A stretch of DNA of 36,968 nucleotides from Octopus sinensis (taxonomy: Eukaryota). The number at the start of each line of letters is the position of its first letter. Positions within the stretch are counted from its first letter, which is position 1. The DNA lies in NCBI RefSeq assembly GCF_006345805.1, contig NW_021836878.1, positions 1 to 36,968 on the forward strand, in the 5' to 3' direction. Below the pieces are notes generated by a model. That model searched no databases. It saw only the letters and a list, made by a program, of their open reading frames with translations, and was not told where the DNA came from. The translations under genes were made by a program, and so were the position numbers. Positions 11,127 to 22,041 of this stretch are shown here, piece after piece.

Positions 11127-11377
11127 GAAGAAAACGAAGAAGAAGAAGAAGAAGAAGAAGAAGAAAAAGAAAAAGAAAAAGAAGACGAAGACGAAGAAGA
11201 AGAAGAAGAAAAAGAAGAAAAAGAAGAAGACGAAGAAAAAGAAGAAGAAGAAGACGAAGAAGAAGAAGACGAAGAAAAAGAAGGAGAAGAAGAAGAAGAC
11301 GAAGAAGAAGAAGAAGAAGAAGAAGAAGAAGAAGAAGAAGAAGAAGAAGAAGAAGAAGAAGAAGAAGAAGAAGAAGA
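11127..11377. repeat. About 250-bp (GAA)n tract; (UUC)n on the GATA sense strand
   Basis: Direct reading; source of the poly-E/R/S/L/F ORFs. Confidence 0.95.
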
Positions 11378-11456
11378 CCGAAAAGCAAAGAGAACGAAAA
11401 AAATCATTAAAAATAAGCATTAATAAAATCAGAATCAAAACCTTGAATGTACTTAC

Positions 11457-11510
11457 CTCTAGGACAGTATCCAGCATACGCCCAGTCTGGTTGTCCATTC
11501 TGGTCAGGGA
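11457..11510 (-). CDS. GATA4/5/6: Candidate 54-nt internal coding exon of the GATA gene: (V)PDQNGQPDWAYAGYCPR(X)
   Basis: T-rich tract + TTTTAG acceptor (11512-11511); perfect AG|GTAAGT donor (11456-11451); length 54 = 18 codons; open in the phase-1 frame inherited from the 33158 exon; 29/54 GC inside very AT-rich flanks. Confidence 0.8.
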
Positions 11511-11815
11511 CTAAAATAATAGTAAATATTAAAAAAAATAATTAATAATGAATCATTATAATTGCCACCTGGGCCCATTCATTTCATGCAATAAGAATAT
11601 GTGTATAAAAATATGTGCTGCTTAGTAATATGTAGTGATAAAAAAAAATTATATAAAAACACTAAGTAGGAGAAACAAAGATGTTACACAATATATTGAG
11701 GCAGATTTAATATTTTTTTATTTGTAATTACGGAAAATAATCAAATGAAAATTACACGCACACACACACACACATACACAAACACAGGTTTATAAACATA
11801 TACACAAAGGAGACA

Positions 11816-12232
11816 GGCGTGGCTGAGTGTTGAGGAGTTTGCTTCCAAATGATTCCGGGTTCAGTCCCATTGCGTGGTGTCTTCTATTATAATCTCAGGC
11901 CGACCACAGAAAGTGAAAGAAAGCCATCGCACTCAGACGCGCACACGTATCCCTACACGCGCGCACACGTATCCCTACACGCGCGCACGCGCACGCACAC
12001 ACACACACACACATACACACACATGCACATGTGAATGTGCGAATGTCTTTGTGTCTATCCCACACCACCGTTTGACAACCGATGTTGGTGTGTTTACATC
12101 TCCGTAACTTAACAATTCGGCAAAAGGGGTTAATAATATAAGTATCAAACTTTAAGTACTGGGGTCGATTCGTTCAAAATAAATTCTACAAGGTGGTGCT
12201 CCAGCATGTCCGTAGTCTAATGACTGAAACCA
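11816..12232 (+). mobile_element. SINE family A, diverged
   Basis: Head ggcgtggctgagtg...gggttcagtccc; tail ggtggtgctccagcatg...tgactgaaac. Confidence 0.85.
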
Positions 12233-12239
12233 TGAAGAT

Positions 12240-13318
12240 CATACAGGTGCTGAATGCTGGAAAAGGCCCGTGAAGATTTCTAGTGATAGAGCCCACATCC
12301 ATGCGGCTCATCTTCTGCATGTTCCACATAATCGGAGACTGTTTCTTCTCAAATCTCTTTCTCTAAATGTATTTCGTACGAAGAACTCTGAAAATAATCG
12401 TGTTAGAAAGGACTCCGTCTTGGCCTTCGCCTTGCTTTCCCCTCTTAATTAGAATTCTCTTTCCAGAGGTCTTTTCCTTTTTTTCCGTTACTGCTACTAG
12501 CAGTTTATCAACTCTTATTAAATGTTTATTTTCCTACAATTGTCGCAACATTTTCTGGTCCTTAGTTCCTCTTATTGCTGACGAGTCTGCTCATCTGTTT
12601 TTCTATTTATTGAGTTCTCCAAACCAGAAAGCTATCTTGCTTGATGGTTCTTGCTGTCACATTGTATCAGTTTGGCCTCCTGACCTGTACCGCAATTTCG
12701 ATGGTTTTTCTTTCCACTCCTTCCACAGGACAAATTTCCTGTATTTTTTCTGTGACCTTCAAAGGAGACGTCAGAATTTCTCTCTCCAATGATGTTGCAT
12801 CTGAGCAAATGTTCCTGGTTATCGGGACATTTATCATTTACCCGGGCTGTGCCACAAGGATAACTGAACCACAGATCAACGCTACTGCCAACAATCTTAA
12901 CCATAGTCCTCGTATTTTTCCAATCCACGTACTGCAGCATTAGGGTATAGTCATGAGTTTGGTTGCACTGGTTCAACCGGCTTCTTCAGCTTGTCCTCAG
13001 CTTTACAAAGCAGGCAGACGGTTCCATAATCTGTAGCCCGACAGATAGAGGGTATCCCATTTTACATACTACTCAGGGATACTTCTAATTGTTTTGTTAG
13101 AGTCATAAAGAAGTCTGGACTACCGTTATGAAAGCAGAGGTGAGTGCATTTTCTATTTTCTTGTTTTAAGTCGAAAAACTCTGACCAGTTCGCGCCTATA
13201 CTGGTTGCAAAATTCTACCAAGCAGTATTTTCTCATCCAGGTGGTTTGTATTGTATAATAAAGCTTGTTGTTGTCGGCGTTAGCGAATGATTTTCTCACT
13301 GTTGTTTTCATTTGTCAA

Positions 13319-13356
<38 letters not shown>

Positions 13357-13540
13357 GCATTGTTGTTTGCTGTATCGTTGAAAATATTCGAGTTAATGTC
13401 ACTGTTATCTGTCCTATGTCGAATGTTTACGTCATGCTGTGTAATTGAATTTGATTCTTTTTGTTTGATTTTTTATTGTTTCATTCAATGTATTTTTTTT
13501 TTGTGGGCGTTGTCTTTCTTGCTGGCAGCCATCTTAAGTT
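12240..13540 (-). mobile_element. Decayed 5' UTR + ORF1-like remnant, probably of an L1/Tx1-type non-LTR retrotransposon
   Basis: Disrupted minus-strand reading ...ERKTIEIAVQVRRPN*YNVTARTIKQDSFLVW... and a degenerate knuckle-like CDNCRKIN; AAGATGGCTGC (YY1-like, 13535-13525) at the presumed 5' end. No database confirmation. Confidence 0.45.
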
Positions 13541-14379
13541 GAATGTAAACATTGTAATATTAGGCTCAAAGTGCTCAAAATAACGACAAACTTCGTTTCC
13601 TGCTATAACAAAGACCACCAAGGTGTTCCAAAAAGCGTTGCTTGGGGAATTTTATGCTTTACGCTTAAATTTCTAATTTTCATATTTATTTATTTATTTA
13701 TTTATTTATTTTTTAGAATTATTTAAATCTATGAAGCTTGAATATTCATTACTCATTACAAAAGCAAATAATAATGACAATAGTATTGATAAGCACAAGA
13801 CCAGAAGTTTAGGGGGAGGGGAGTTATTTTATAGCAATTCAGTCAATCTTAGATCTTGTCTCATACGTTATTCTTAGACCCCGGGAAGATGAAAAGCACA
13901 GTTGATTACAGGTTTGAAATCAGCACTCAATTTATGAACACGCCAAACAATTTTGTAGGAAGAGCGACCACAAATGGATGGAAGGCAAAGTTACTTAGAA
14001 TGTAATGATCATAAAAGATATCGAAAAGCTTTTTGTCCAATGCTCTTATAGTACCGATTGCTCACTGCCATATAACTTCTAATTTAGGAAGAAAGCCAGA
14101 AATTTTCAGGGTCCAAAATAGTAGTGGATAATATCAACCTCAGTATTTGATTGGTACATTATTTTAACGACTCCGAAAGGATGAAAGCAAAGTTCACCAT
14201 AGCGGTATTCGAGAGCCGGATCAAATGCATGAAAGCACTTGCAAAACTACCAGTTTGCGGCTTTGTAAGAACAACAAAAAATACGGTATGAAATAAGTGT
14301 GTGTGCATGTGTGTGTGATTGAGAGAGAGGGCGGGGGGAAGAGAAGGAGAGGTGAAATAATTGTTGGAAGACAGAAAGC

Positions 14380-14861
14380 GTGAGTCAAGGGATGAAAGAA
14401 ATGAGAAAGAGATAGTGAGGTTGAGAGAGTTACAGACGTGGTGACATGGTGACATTATATCAAGGTAAACAGCACATGACCTTGCAGGCGGAACCCAGTC
14501 AGAATTTTCTTCAGGTTGGTAGCCCATCCCGCTCAAAAGGTCCCTGAATAAGATTTGTTCAAGGATGAGGAATGAAACACCCATGTTTTCAGAGCTGAAT
14601 TATCCAAACCCCAAAGAATTCCTTTCAACACATGGCTATGATGCTTTCCCACTCGTGATCAGAGGTGCACATATCGCCAGCCACTAAGGGACATGGTCAA
14701 CCGGTTAAGGTCAAACAACTGACAAGCAAGTCTGTGGTATCGAGCATATTATTTGCTGTAGCCCATCTTTTATACCAAGACAAAACAATGTACATGACAA
14801 CCCTTCCAATCAGTTAAGATCAGAAGCCATGAGAGCCACTGCCTCGTATTGTACCAGGGCA

Positions 14862-14900
<39 letters not shown>
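14380..14900 (+). mobile_element. Interspersed retro-repeat 3' fragment ending in an (ATT)n tail (LINE 3' UTR or SINE; family not assigned)
   Basis: GC-richer non-coding block terminating directly in (ATT)n at about 14863-14900, typical of a TPRT tail. Confidence 0.5.
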
Positions 14901-14901
<1 letters not shown>

Positions 14902-16003
14902 TGTTATATTTGGTTGAAATATGCGATCTCATCTGAATACTGACTGATTGACGACTACAGCGATAGGAACAGCGGTTATGTAAAATGTAGTGGCCTTCCT
15001 AAGAAACAATGTGACCAGAAACAGATGTCATGCTAAGTAAGTCTAAAGAAAACGTAAGAAAACATATCCCAATCACTTTTAGATAGTCTGGACCCCATCT
15101 AATCAGTGTCAGCATTAATCAAGCAAAAACTATTCCTGATCAAATAAAATTTCCTGTTATGGCCATCCATTTTCTTATGCACTACGAATTACATAATGCA
15201 ACGTGTTCTGTTTCCAAGGACACGGGTTGTGTGAGATTTCACTGCTGTTTCTGGCTAACTTGGATATCGGGGTAAAAGCAGCCTCCTTGTTAACTAGTAG
15301 TATGGTATATATATTCTGTCTGATAAGTGAACTGAGACAAACTAGAATAAATGTTCTGCCTCAGAGACGCTATTACGAGCAGTAAATCTCTCGGATAGCA
15401 AGCTACTCTATCGCTAGCCGTATTTTATGTTCCTAATCTGGTTTCCCTTATCGGCAGCCACTGAAATGAGTCAATGCGTAAATGCCTGGTTCAAAAATAT
15501 AACAAAACTCATTCTGCAAGTTTGACCTCATGAGCCCAGGTAATCCACTAACATTACGTTAAGCATTTTAAATTTAAATTATAAACACAGATGGTAAGAT
15601 GCCAAGAATATATTTTCAGAGCATGTGTGTAAATATGCGTGTCCAATAAGGTGCAATAAATTTCGCACGATAATTTCAACAAAGAAGCAAAAGATACTAG
15701 AAGAATTATGCAGAGACAGAAGGTATCGTTAGAACTATCCTGTGTTCATTCGACCAATTGCGCTCAAAGCACACGAGATTATCTTTACAAAAATACTAAA
15801 CGTTATAAGACGCAGTTTATTTGCACCTGTGTATGAATCACAGGAATAACATGCAGGAAAAATACATAAAAAGAAGCAGCAAAGATATGATTATAAATCA
15901 GAGGGTATAGATTTGAGAGTAACAGTGAGGAAGTTTGGCATGAAATTTCAAAGATACATATATGTATAAAATATGCGTAAGTGAAATATATACGTATACA
16001 TAC

Positions 16004-16049
<46 letters not shown>

Positions 16050-16204
16050 ATTATAATTTATGGTATCTAAGAGATACCAACACGCTGGAAACTGCAGCCA
16101 AAACTTGACTCTAAAACTACATTAAGCACCAGGAGGTGGGTAATGAACATTTAGATACCCTAAATTATAACTTTAAATAATTATTACCATTGCAAGGTTT
16201 TATT

Positions 16205-16223
16205 CCCATGCTGGCCTTCTTCG

Positions 16224-16259
<36 letters not shown>

Positions 16260-16315
16260 ATATATATATATATATATTAATCTATATTATATATATATAT
16301 ATATATATTATATAT

Positions 16316-16346
<31 letters not shown>

Positions 16347-16817
16347 ATATAATCTATATCTATATCTATATTATATATATAGATATCTATATATATATCT
16401 ATATTCTATATATATATATCTATATATCTATTATATAAAATCTATCTATAATATATATCTTATATATATCTATATAATATCTAAAATATCTATATATATC
16501 TATCTATATATATATATATATCTATCTATATATTCTATCTATATATATCTATCTATATATATCTATCTATATATATATCTATATATATCTATCTATATAT
16601 ATATCTATATATATATACTATCTATATATATATATATCTATATATATCTATATAGATATATATCTATATATATATATATCTATCTTATATATATCTATAT
16701 ATACTATATATATATTATATATCTATAATATATATAATCTATATATATATATATATATCTATATATCTATATATATCTATCTCTCTATATATATCTATAT
16801 CTATATATATATCTATA

Positions 16818-16857
<40 letters not shown>
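16205..16857. repeat. About 650-bp degenerate (TA)n/(TATC)n tract
   Basis: Direct reading. Confidence 0.95.
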
Positions 16858-16859
<2 letters not shown>

Positions 16860-17217
16860 CGCAATGGTTCTGGGTTCAGTCCCACTGCGTGGCATCTTGG
16901 GCAAGTGTCTTCTGCTATAGCCCCGGCCGACCAATGCCTTGTGAGTGGATTTGGTAGACGGAAACTGAAAGAAGCCTGTCGTATATATGTATATATATGT
17001 ATATATGTGTGTGTGTGTTTGTGTGTGTTTGTCCCCCTAGCATTGCTTGACAACCGATGCTGGTGTGTTTACGTCCCCGTTACTTAGTGGTTTGGCAAAA
17101 GAGACCGATAGAATAAGTACTGGGCTTACAAAGAATAAGTCCCTGGGTCGATTTGCTCGACTGAAAGCGGTGCTCCAGCATGGCCACAGTCAAATGACTG
17201 AAACAGTAAAGAGAAAT
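16858..17217 (+). mobile_element. SINE family A with a short head deletion, inserted in (TA)n
   Basis: Very similar to 36097-36493; (TA)n on both sides. Confidence 0.92.
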
Positions 17218-17345
17218 ATATATATATATATATATATAATATATAATTTATATATATATATTATATATATATATATATTATATAATATATGTGGTGTGTG
17301 TGTGTGTGTATACACGTACACACACACGCACACATGCTGGGAAAA

Positions 17346-17468
17346 TACCTTTCGGGGTCGATAAATTAAGTACCAGTTACGCACTGGGGTCCATGTAATC
17401 GACTTAATCCGTTTGTCTGTCCTTGTTTATGCCCTCTGTGTTTAGCCCCTTGTGGGTAGTAAAGAAAT
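17346..17468 (+). mobile_element. SINE family B 3' fragment
   Basis: Matches the 3' half of 6628-6793. Confidence 0.85.
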
Positions 17469-17789
17469 ATATATATTTTAACCTTGCATTATATTTCTAA
17501 ATCGTTGCATCGTGCTGGTAAAATTGATAACAATGAACATCCATCACAACCAACGATCGACATCAATTATTATCGATTAAATATCCAAATGATATTCGCT
17601 TCTTTTAGGTACTCTCCTTCGCCCCTCATATCTTTAATCATACCAATTTTTCCTGGCTCTTGTTCAATATGTAACATCCACGCCGTTCGTTGATCTGCGA
17701 AACTCAGTAGACTATAATGAAATGCCTTCATTTGCAATGAAGACATTTTCAGATACGCCGCGACATATTTTATTTCATTTATTTTTTAT

Positions 17790-18135
17790 CTCATCTAGTT
17801 TCAGCTCACGAGCTGTGGCCATGCCTGGGCACCGCCATTTGGTGTTGCTACATGATTTTACTTCACGAATGCTTTTTAGTAATTGACATTTGGTGCATGA
17901 GAGAGTTTGATGCAGCTGCCCGCATCTGCACCTCCTGCCGCGAAGTTGGTTCATCTGGGACACCTGACAGGAAGAGGTCCAGCTTTATTTTGAAGACACC
18001 TATATCCACCCCATGCAGGTCTATCAGGTCCTTCAGGAGGATATTGAAGAGCTGTGCACCTATGAAGCGCAGGCTATTGCAGTATCTTGTCCTACATCTT
18101 GATGGCAAATTTGGATACATATATGCCTAGATGTA
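17790..18135 (-). mobile_element. 3' end of a CR1-group LINE (ORF2 C-terminus + 3' UTR)
   Basis: ORF 18120->17863 NSLRFIGAQLFNILLKDLIDLHGVDIGVFKIKLDLFLSGVPDEP fits the G..LFN.LP...R......FK..LD..L..VPD.P C-terminal pattern of CR1/L2-group ORF2; followed by a short 3' UTR and an A-rich tail. Confidence 0.82.
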
Positions 18136-18427
18136 TCTTGTATGCACACAAAACGAAACTCAGTGACTGCCAATTACCATTGTATATTGTATTATGCCAA
18201 CTCCAAAGGTAAATCTCACTGAATTGTAGAATTTATTGCGCACGGTATTCAGTGTATATAATGATTTATATGCATATACATATATATTTCTATATATATA
18301 TGCATGTACATATGTAGTATATATAGGTGTGTGTGCTCAGGTATGTATATGTGTGTGTGTGTGTGCGTGTATGTGTGTGTGTGTGTGTCTGTACGCATGT
18401 ATATACATAAATATTTATGCATATTTA

Positions 18428-18630
18428 AATTCTTTTATTCTTTTATTTCTTTCAGCCATTTGACTGTGGCCATGCTGAAGCACGGCCTTTACTCGAACAG
18501 ATAGACACCAGGACTTATTCTTTGTAAGCTTTATAGTTATTCTATCGGTCTCTTTTGCCGAACCGCTACATTATGGGGACGTAATCACACCAACATCGGT
18601 TTTAAGCGATGTGGAGGGAACACAAACACA
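18428..18630 (-). mobile_element. SINE family A 3' half
   Basis: Collinear with 2536-2740. Confidence 0.85.
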
Positions 18631-18657
18631 CAAACATATACATATGTATATATATAT

Positions 18658-18702
<45 letters not shown>

Positions 18703-18916
18703 TATATATATATATTATATATATATACCGCATATATGTACATGTATGTATATAGAACATCGTATGCGAGTTCAGCATTTTCTTGCCGAACAACCACACA
18801 GCTGACTCGTCTATAGTGATCAAATGGTTGTGTACACATAAAGTCACTCCCTCCATCAAATCGAAATTACCTGTACAGGTGCACCATGTGCCACATGTCA
18901 GATGACGAAATCATCG

Positions 18917-19022
18917 TAGAGCAACATGAAATGAAGTGCTTGGCTCAAGAAGACAACGCAACGCCCGCTCTGGAAATCGAACCCACGATCTCACAATCGT
19001 GAGTGCAATACCTCAACCACTA
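18917..19022 (-). mobile_element. SINE family D 5' fragment
   Basis: gagcaacatgaaatgaagtgcttggctcaag...aatcgaacccacgatc matches 9885-9990. Confidence 0.75.
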
Positions 19023-19427
19023 AATAAATACTTAGAAACTTACCTAATTATACATACACATATATACTGACCTTCCACTTACATACTTATACACATACAT
19101 ACTGATCTTCCACTGCCAAAATTTTACCTATAATGCTCAAAGCAGAATTAATTTGTCTTTATAAGTTATGACATTTTCAACAATATTTCAAACTGAGAAA
19201 CATTATTTTAACAAACATAAATTATGACGCCGAACAAACAACATACGGTTTTACGTGTGAAACCAAATTAGATGCGACTTTTTTTTTATAAATAGCACAA
19301 CATTTGTTATATTCAAATTAATTCTATTGCGTTTTACTTCCTTGTTGTTCTTCTCGTGTAATAAGCGATGTTTCCGTATGTTTTTTTTATGTACGTATGG
19401 ATAAATATATATAAGCGTGTTGTTGCC

Positions 19428-19866
19428 AGGCTATATTTATAATATTAGCATCATCCTGCGTTTGAGAATTTAAAATCATTTCTTTAACTTTCTACGACAT
19501 CTCAACGCTTCTAAAGCAAACTTCGTTTGTTTGTTTACGTTCATCGTAATTTGTATTAAACGTATGATAGCGTCTCAAAAAGCGAAATTTCTTAAATTTG
19601 CGGAAGAATGTATGGTGTGGGCGATTTAGCTTAAAGGGTTTCAGAGCACCGCGACGCGTAATCACGGAGGTGTGAGTTCGAGTCTCACCAACACGAGCCA
19701 GCCACCAATACACTTTTCTGCAAAATAGGGGTAATTTATCCTGTTCAGGCTATATTATTAGCATTATACTGCATTTCAGAATTTAAAATCACTTCTTTAA
19801 CTTTCTGCGACATCTCAACGCTTCTAAACCAAACTTCGTTTGTTTACGTTCATCGTAATTTGAATT
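19428..19866 (+). repeat. About 135-bp direct repeats (19428-19566, 19748-19866) flanking a tRNA-like core
   Basis: Both copies contain gaatttaaaatca.ttctttaactttct.cgacatctcaacgcttctaaa.caaacttcgtttgttt...acgttcatcgtaatttg. Confidence 0.85.
19620..19696 (+). pseudogene. tRNA-like pseudogene (Thr-CGT-like anticodon arm)
   Basis: D arm gctt/gagc; anticodon arm ccgcga-cgcgtaa-tcacgg; perfect T arm gtgag-ttcgagt-ctcac. The acceptor stem does not pair and U33 is replaced by G, so it is not a functional tRNA. Confidence 0.55.
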
Positions 19867-19954
19867 TTATATATATATATATATATATATACACATACAC
19901 ATACAATATATGCACATATATCATTTAAAATATTTCTCTACCTCTTTCTACAAG

Positions 19955-20365
19955 GGCTGGCAGAATCACTAGCACGCCGGGCAAAATGCTTACCGTAATT
20001 TCGCCGGTGCTACACTCTGAGTTCAAATTCCGGAGATATCGAATTTGCTTTTCATCCTTTCCGGATCGATGAATTAAGTACCTGTAAAACGCTGGGTTCG
20101 ATGTAATCGACTAGACCTCTCCCCTCAAATGTCAGGTCTTGTGCCTAGAGCAAACGGGATTATTAGTATTAAGGCCGGAGAAAATGCTTAGCAAGTATTT
20201 CATCCGTCTTGACATTTTAAGTTTAAAAAATTTCGCCGAGGGCGACCTTGCTTTTCTTCATTTCGGGATCGAGAAAATAAGTACCAGCTGAGCACTTGAG
20301 TCGATGTAATCGAGTTACTCTTGCATTCGAAATTACTAGCCCTGTACCATAATTTGAAATCAACA
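19955..20365 (+). mobile_element. Two adjacent diverged SINE family B copies (19955-20165, 20172-20365)
   Basis: First begins gctggcagaatcactagcacgccgggcaaaatgctta; both carry aagtacc...tcgatgtaatcga. Confidence 0.8.
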
Positions 20366-20397
20366 TTATTATTATTATTATTATTATTATTATCTAC

Positions 20398-20660
20398 AGT
20401 GGAGAAGGCTAGCCACTGGATTTGGTTAAAAAGAGACGATGAGCGATGGCTAGAAGTATATTGAGTTCTTCATAACCAGCTGATCTAGCAAGCGGGACCT
20501 CATATCAGTGAGGGGAGCCGGTGCGCATTGATGCCGTCGAGAGGTAGGCCCCGAAACGGCGCGCATTCTCTCCTGATGACCCCATACACTTGCTAGCTTC
20601 CGATATACGGAGCTTTTAACTGGTAGCACTTGCATGTGCAAGTTGTTTGCAAGACATCTA
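20398..20660 (+). mobile_element. 3' end of a Hero/NeSL-like REL non-LTR retrotransposon
   Basis: Frame reads EKASHWIWLKRDDERWLEVY*, resembling the AEKASRWLWIKR C-terminus I associate with Hero-type ORFs; GC-rich 3' UTR then (GTT)n. Clade assignment is from memory. Confidence 0.5.
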
Positions 20661-21216
20661 TTACTGTTACTGTTATTGTTGTTGTTGTTGTTGTTGTTGT
20701 TATTTCCTATCATGTTCCTCGTATCATATTATTTTGTTGCATTTCATCCTTTTTTGTAACCATTTTTGTTGATAGTTTTTCTTTTTTTTCTGCATGTTGG
20801 CCGAATCGTTAGACCGCCGGGAAAGAAACCTGATTTGTTCCGGATCCTGAGTTCTTTAAATCCACTGAAGTTCGTTTTTTCATCGTAAAATAAGCAATAG
20901 TTAATTCAAGGAACTGTTAGAGTAATAGGCAAGAAGCCTTTCTGTATTTTTAAAGCCGTCTGATATTATCCGAGTTCGAATATGCATACATGCATACACA
21001 CACACACACACACATACATATATATATATGTATGTATACCCACCCACACAAACACACACACACAGATATGAGAGAAGTAAATAGACACCAAATAAACTAT
21101 CGTTTTATGTTTGTTCTAACTTGTAAAGGTTGCTATTTTATGTTAATTGACATTTTTATGCTTTAGGTTCTATATGTGTCTGTTTAATGATGCTATGTAT
21201 AAAGGAAGCCTTAGAA

Positions 21217-22041
21217 ATGTCTGAATTTCAAAGAGGCCGTATTGTGGGTCATTCTCCAGGTGGACATAATATAAAATCGAAGAAAACCTTGGGATCCCGC
21301 TTTCTACGGTTAATAGAGTGATAGTGCAATTCACCAGAGAGGGGAAGGAGTTCACGTCATCTCGCCCAGATCAACAAGGGCCTTCTGATATAGCAGAACA
21401 AACTGATGTCAGTCTTAGACTAGCTGTCAGGTATCTCCATAAACTTAGTTACTATGGCAAAGTAGCAAGAAGGAAGCTACGTCTTCGAACAGCCATCACC
21501 ATGCGGAGAAAGATTAAGACAGTAAGATGGTGGAGAGGCCACTATTATTTTGGGACACTGTCATACTCTCTGATGACTCAAGATATGCTGCCTTTTCTGA
21601 CAGCGGTCGGCTGTGGTTCTGGAGACTCTGTGATCAAGAATCTTGTGTGAAAAGATTGCAGCCAACAATGAAACACGGCAGCTAATCTGTGATGCTCTGG
21701 GGAGCAATTTGGAGCAATGGTTGATCAGAGCTGGTGGAGTGTGAGGGAAACATAATCTCAGATAAATGTGTCCATATTACAATTACAGTAAGGATTCCTT
21801 CAAATCTTCTCCAATGGTGAAATGGTTACAGAATGTTCTTTATTTATGGAAGATGGGGCATCTTGTCAAACGGCTAAAATGACCCAAGACTTGTTAGATG
21901 AGGATGGCATTAAAATGATTCCATGGTCAAACCAGTCGTCAGATATGAACCCTATTGAACATCTTTGTGACATAATGGACAGGACACTTCATAAAAAGAA
22001 CAAGAAAGCATCTTCAAAGCCAGATCTTTTGAGATTACTGC
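21217..22041 (+). mobile_element. Tc1-family DD34E transposase pseudogene
   Basis: Across frameshifts: MSEFQRGRIVG, LGIPLSTVNRVI (HTH), YYGKVARRK, WDTVILSDDS, SVMLWGAI, FMEDGASCQ and WSNQSSDMNPIEHL; 34 residues between the second D and E. The 3' end is replaced by a SINE fragment. Confidence 0.92.

Noticed and set aside
11018-11498. Poly-Arg/Glu/Ser/Leu/Phe ORFs
   Set aside because: Translations of the (GAA)n tract.
14159-14584. 141-aa minus-strand ORF
   Set aside because: Overlaps a retro-repeat and a GA-rich tract; no recognisable domain or splice pair.
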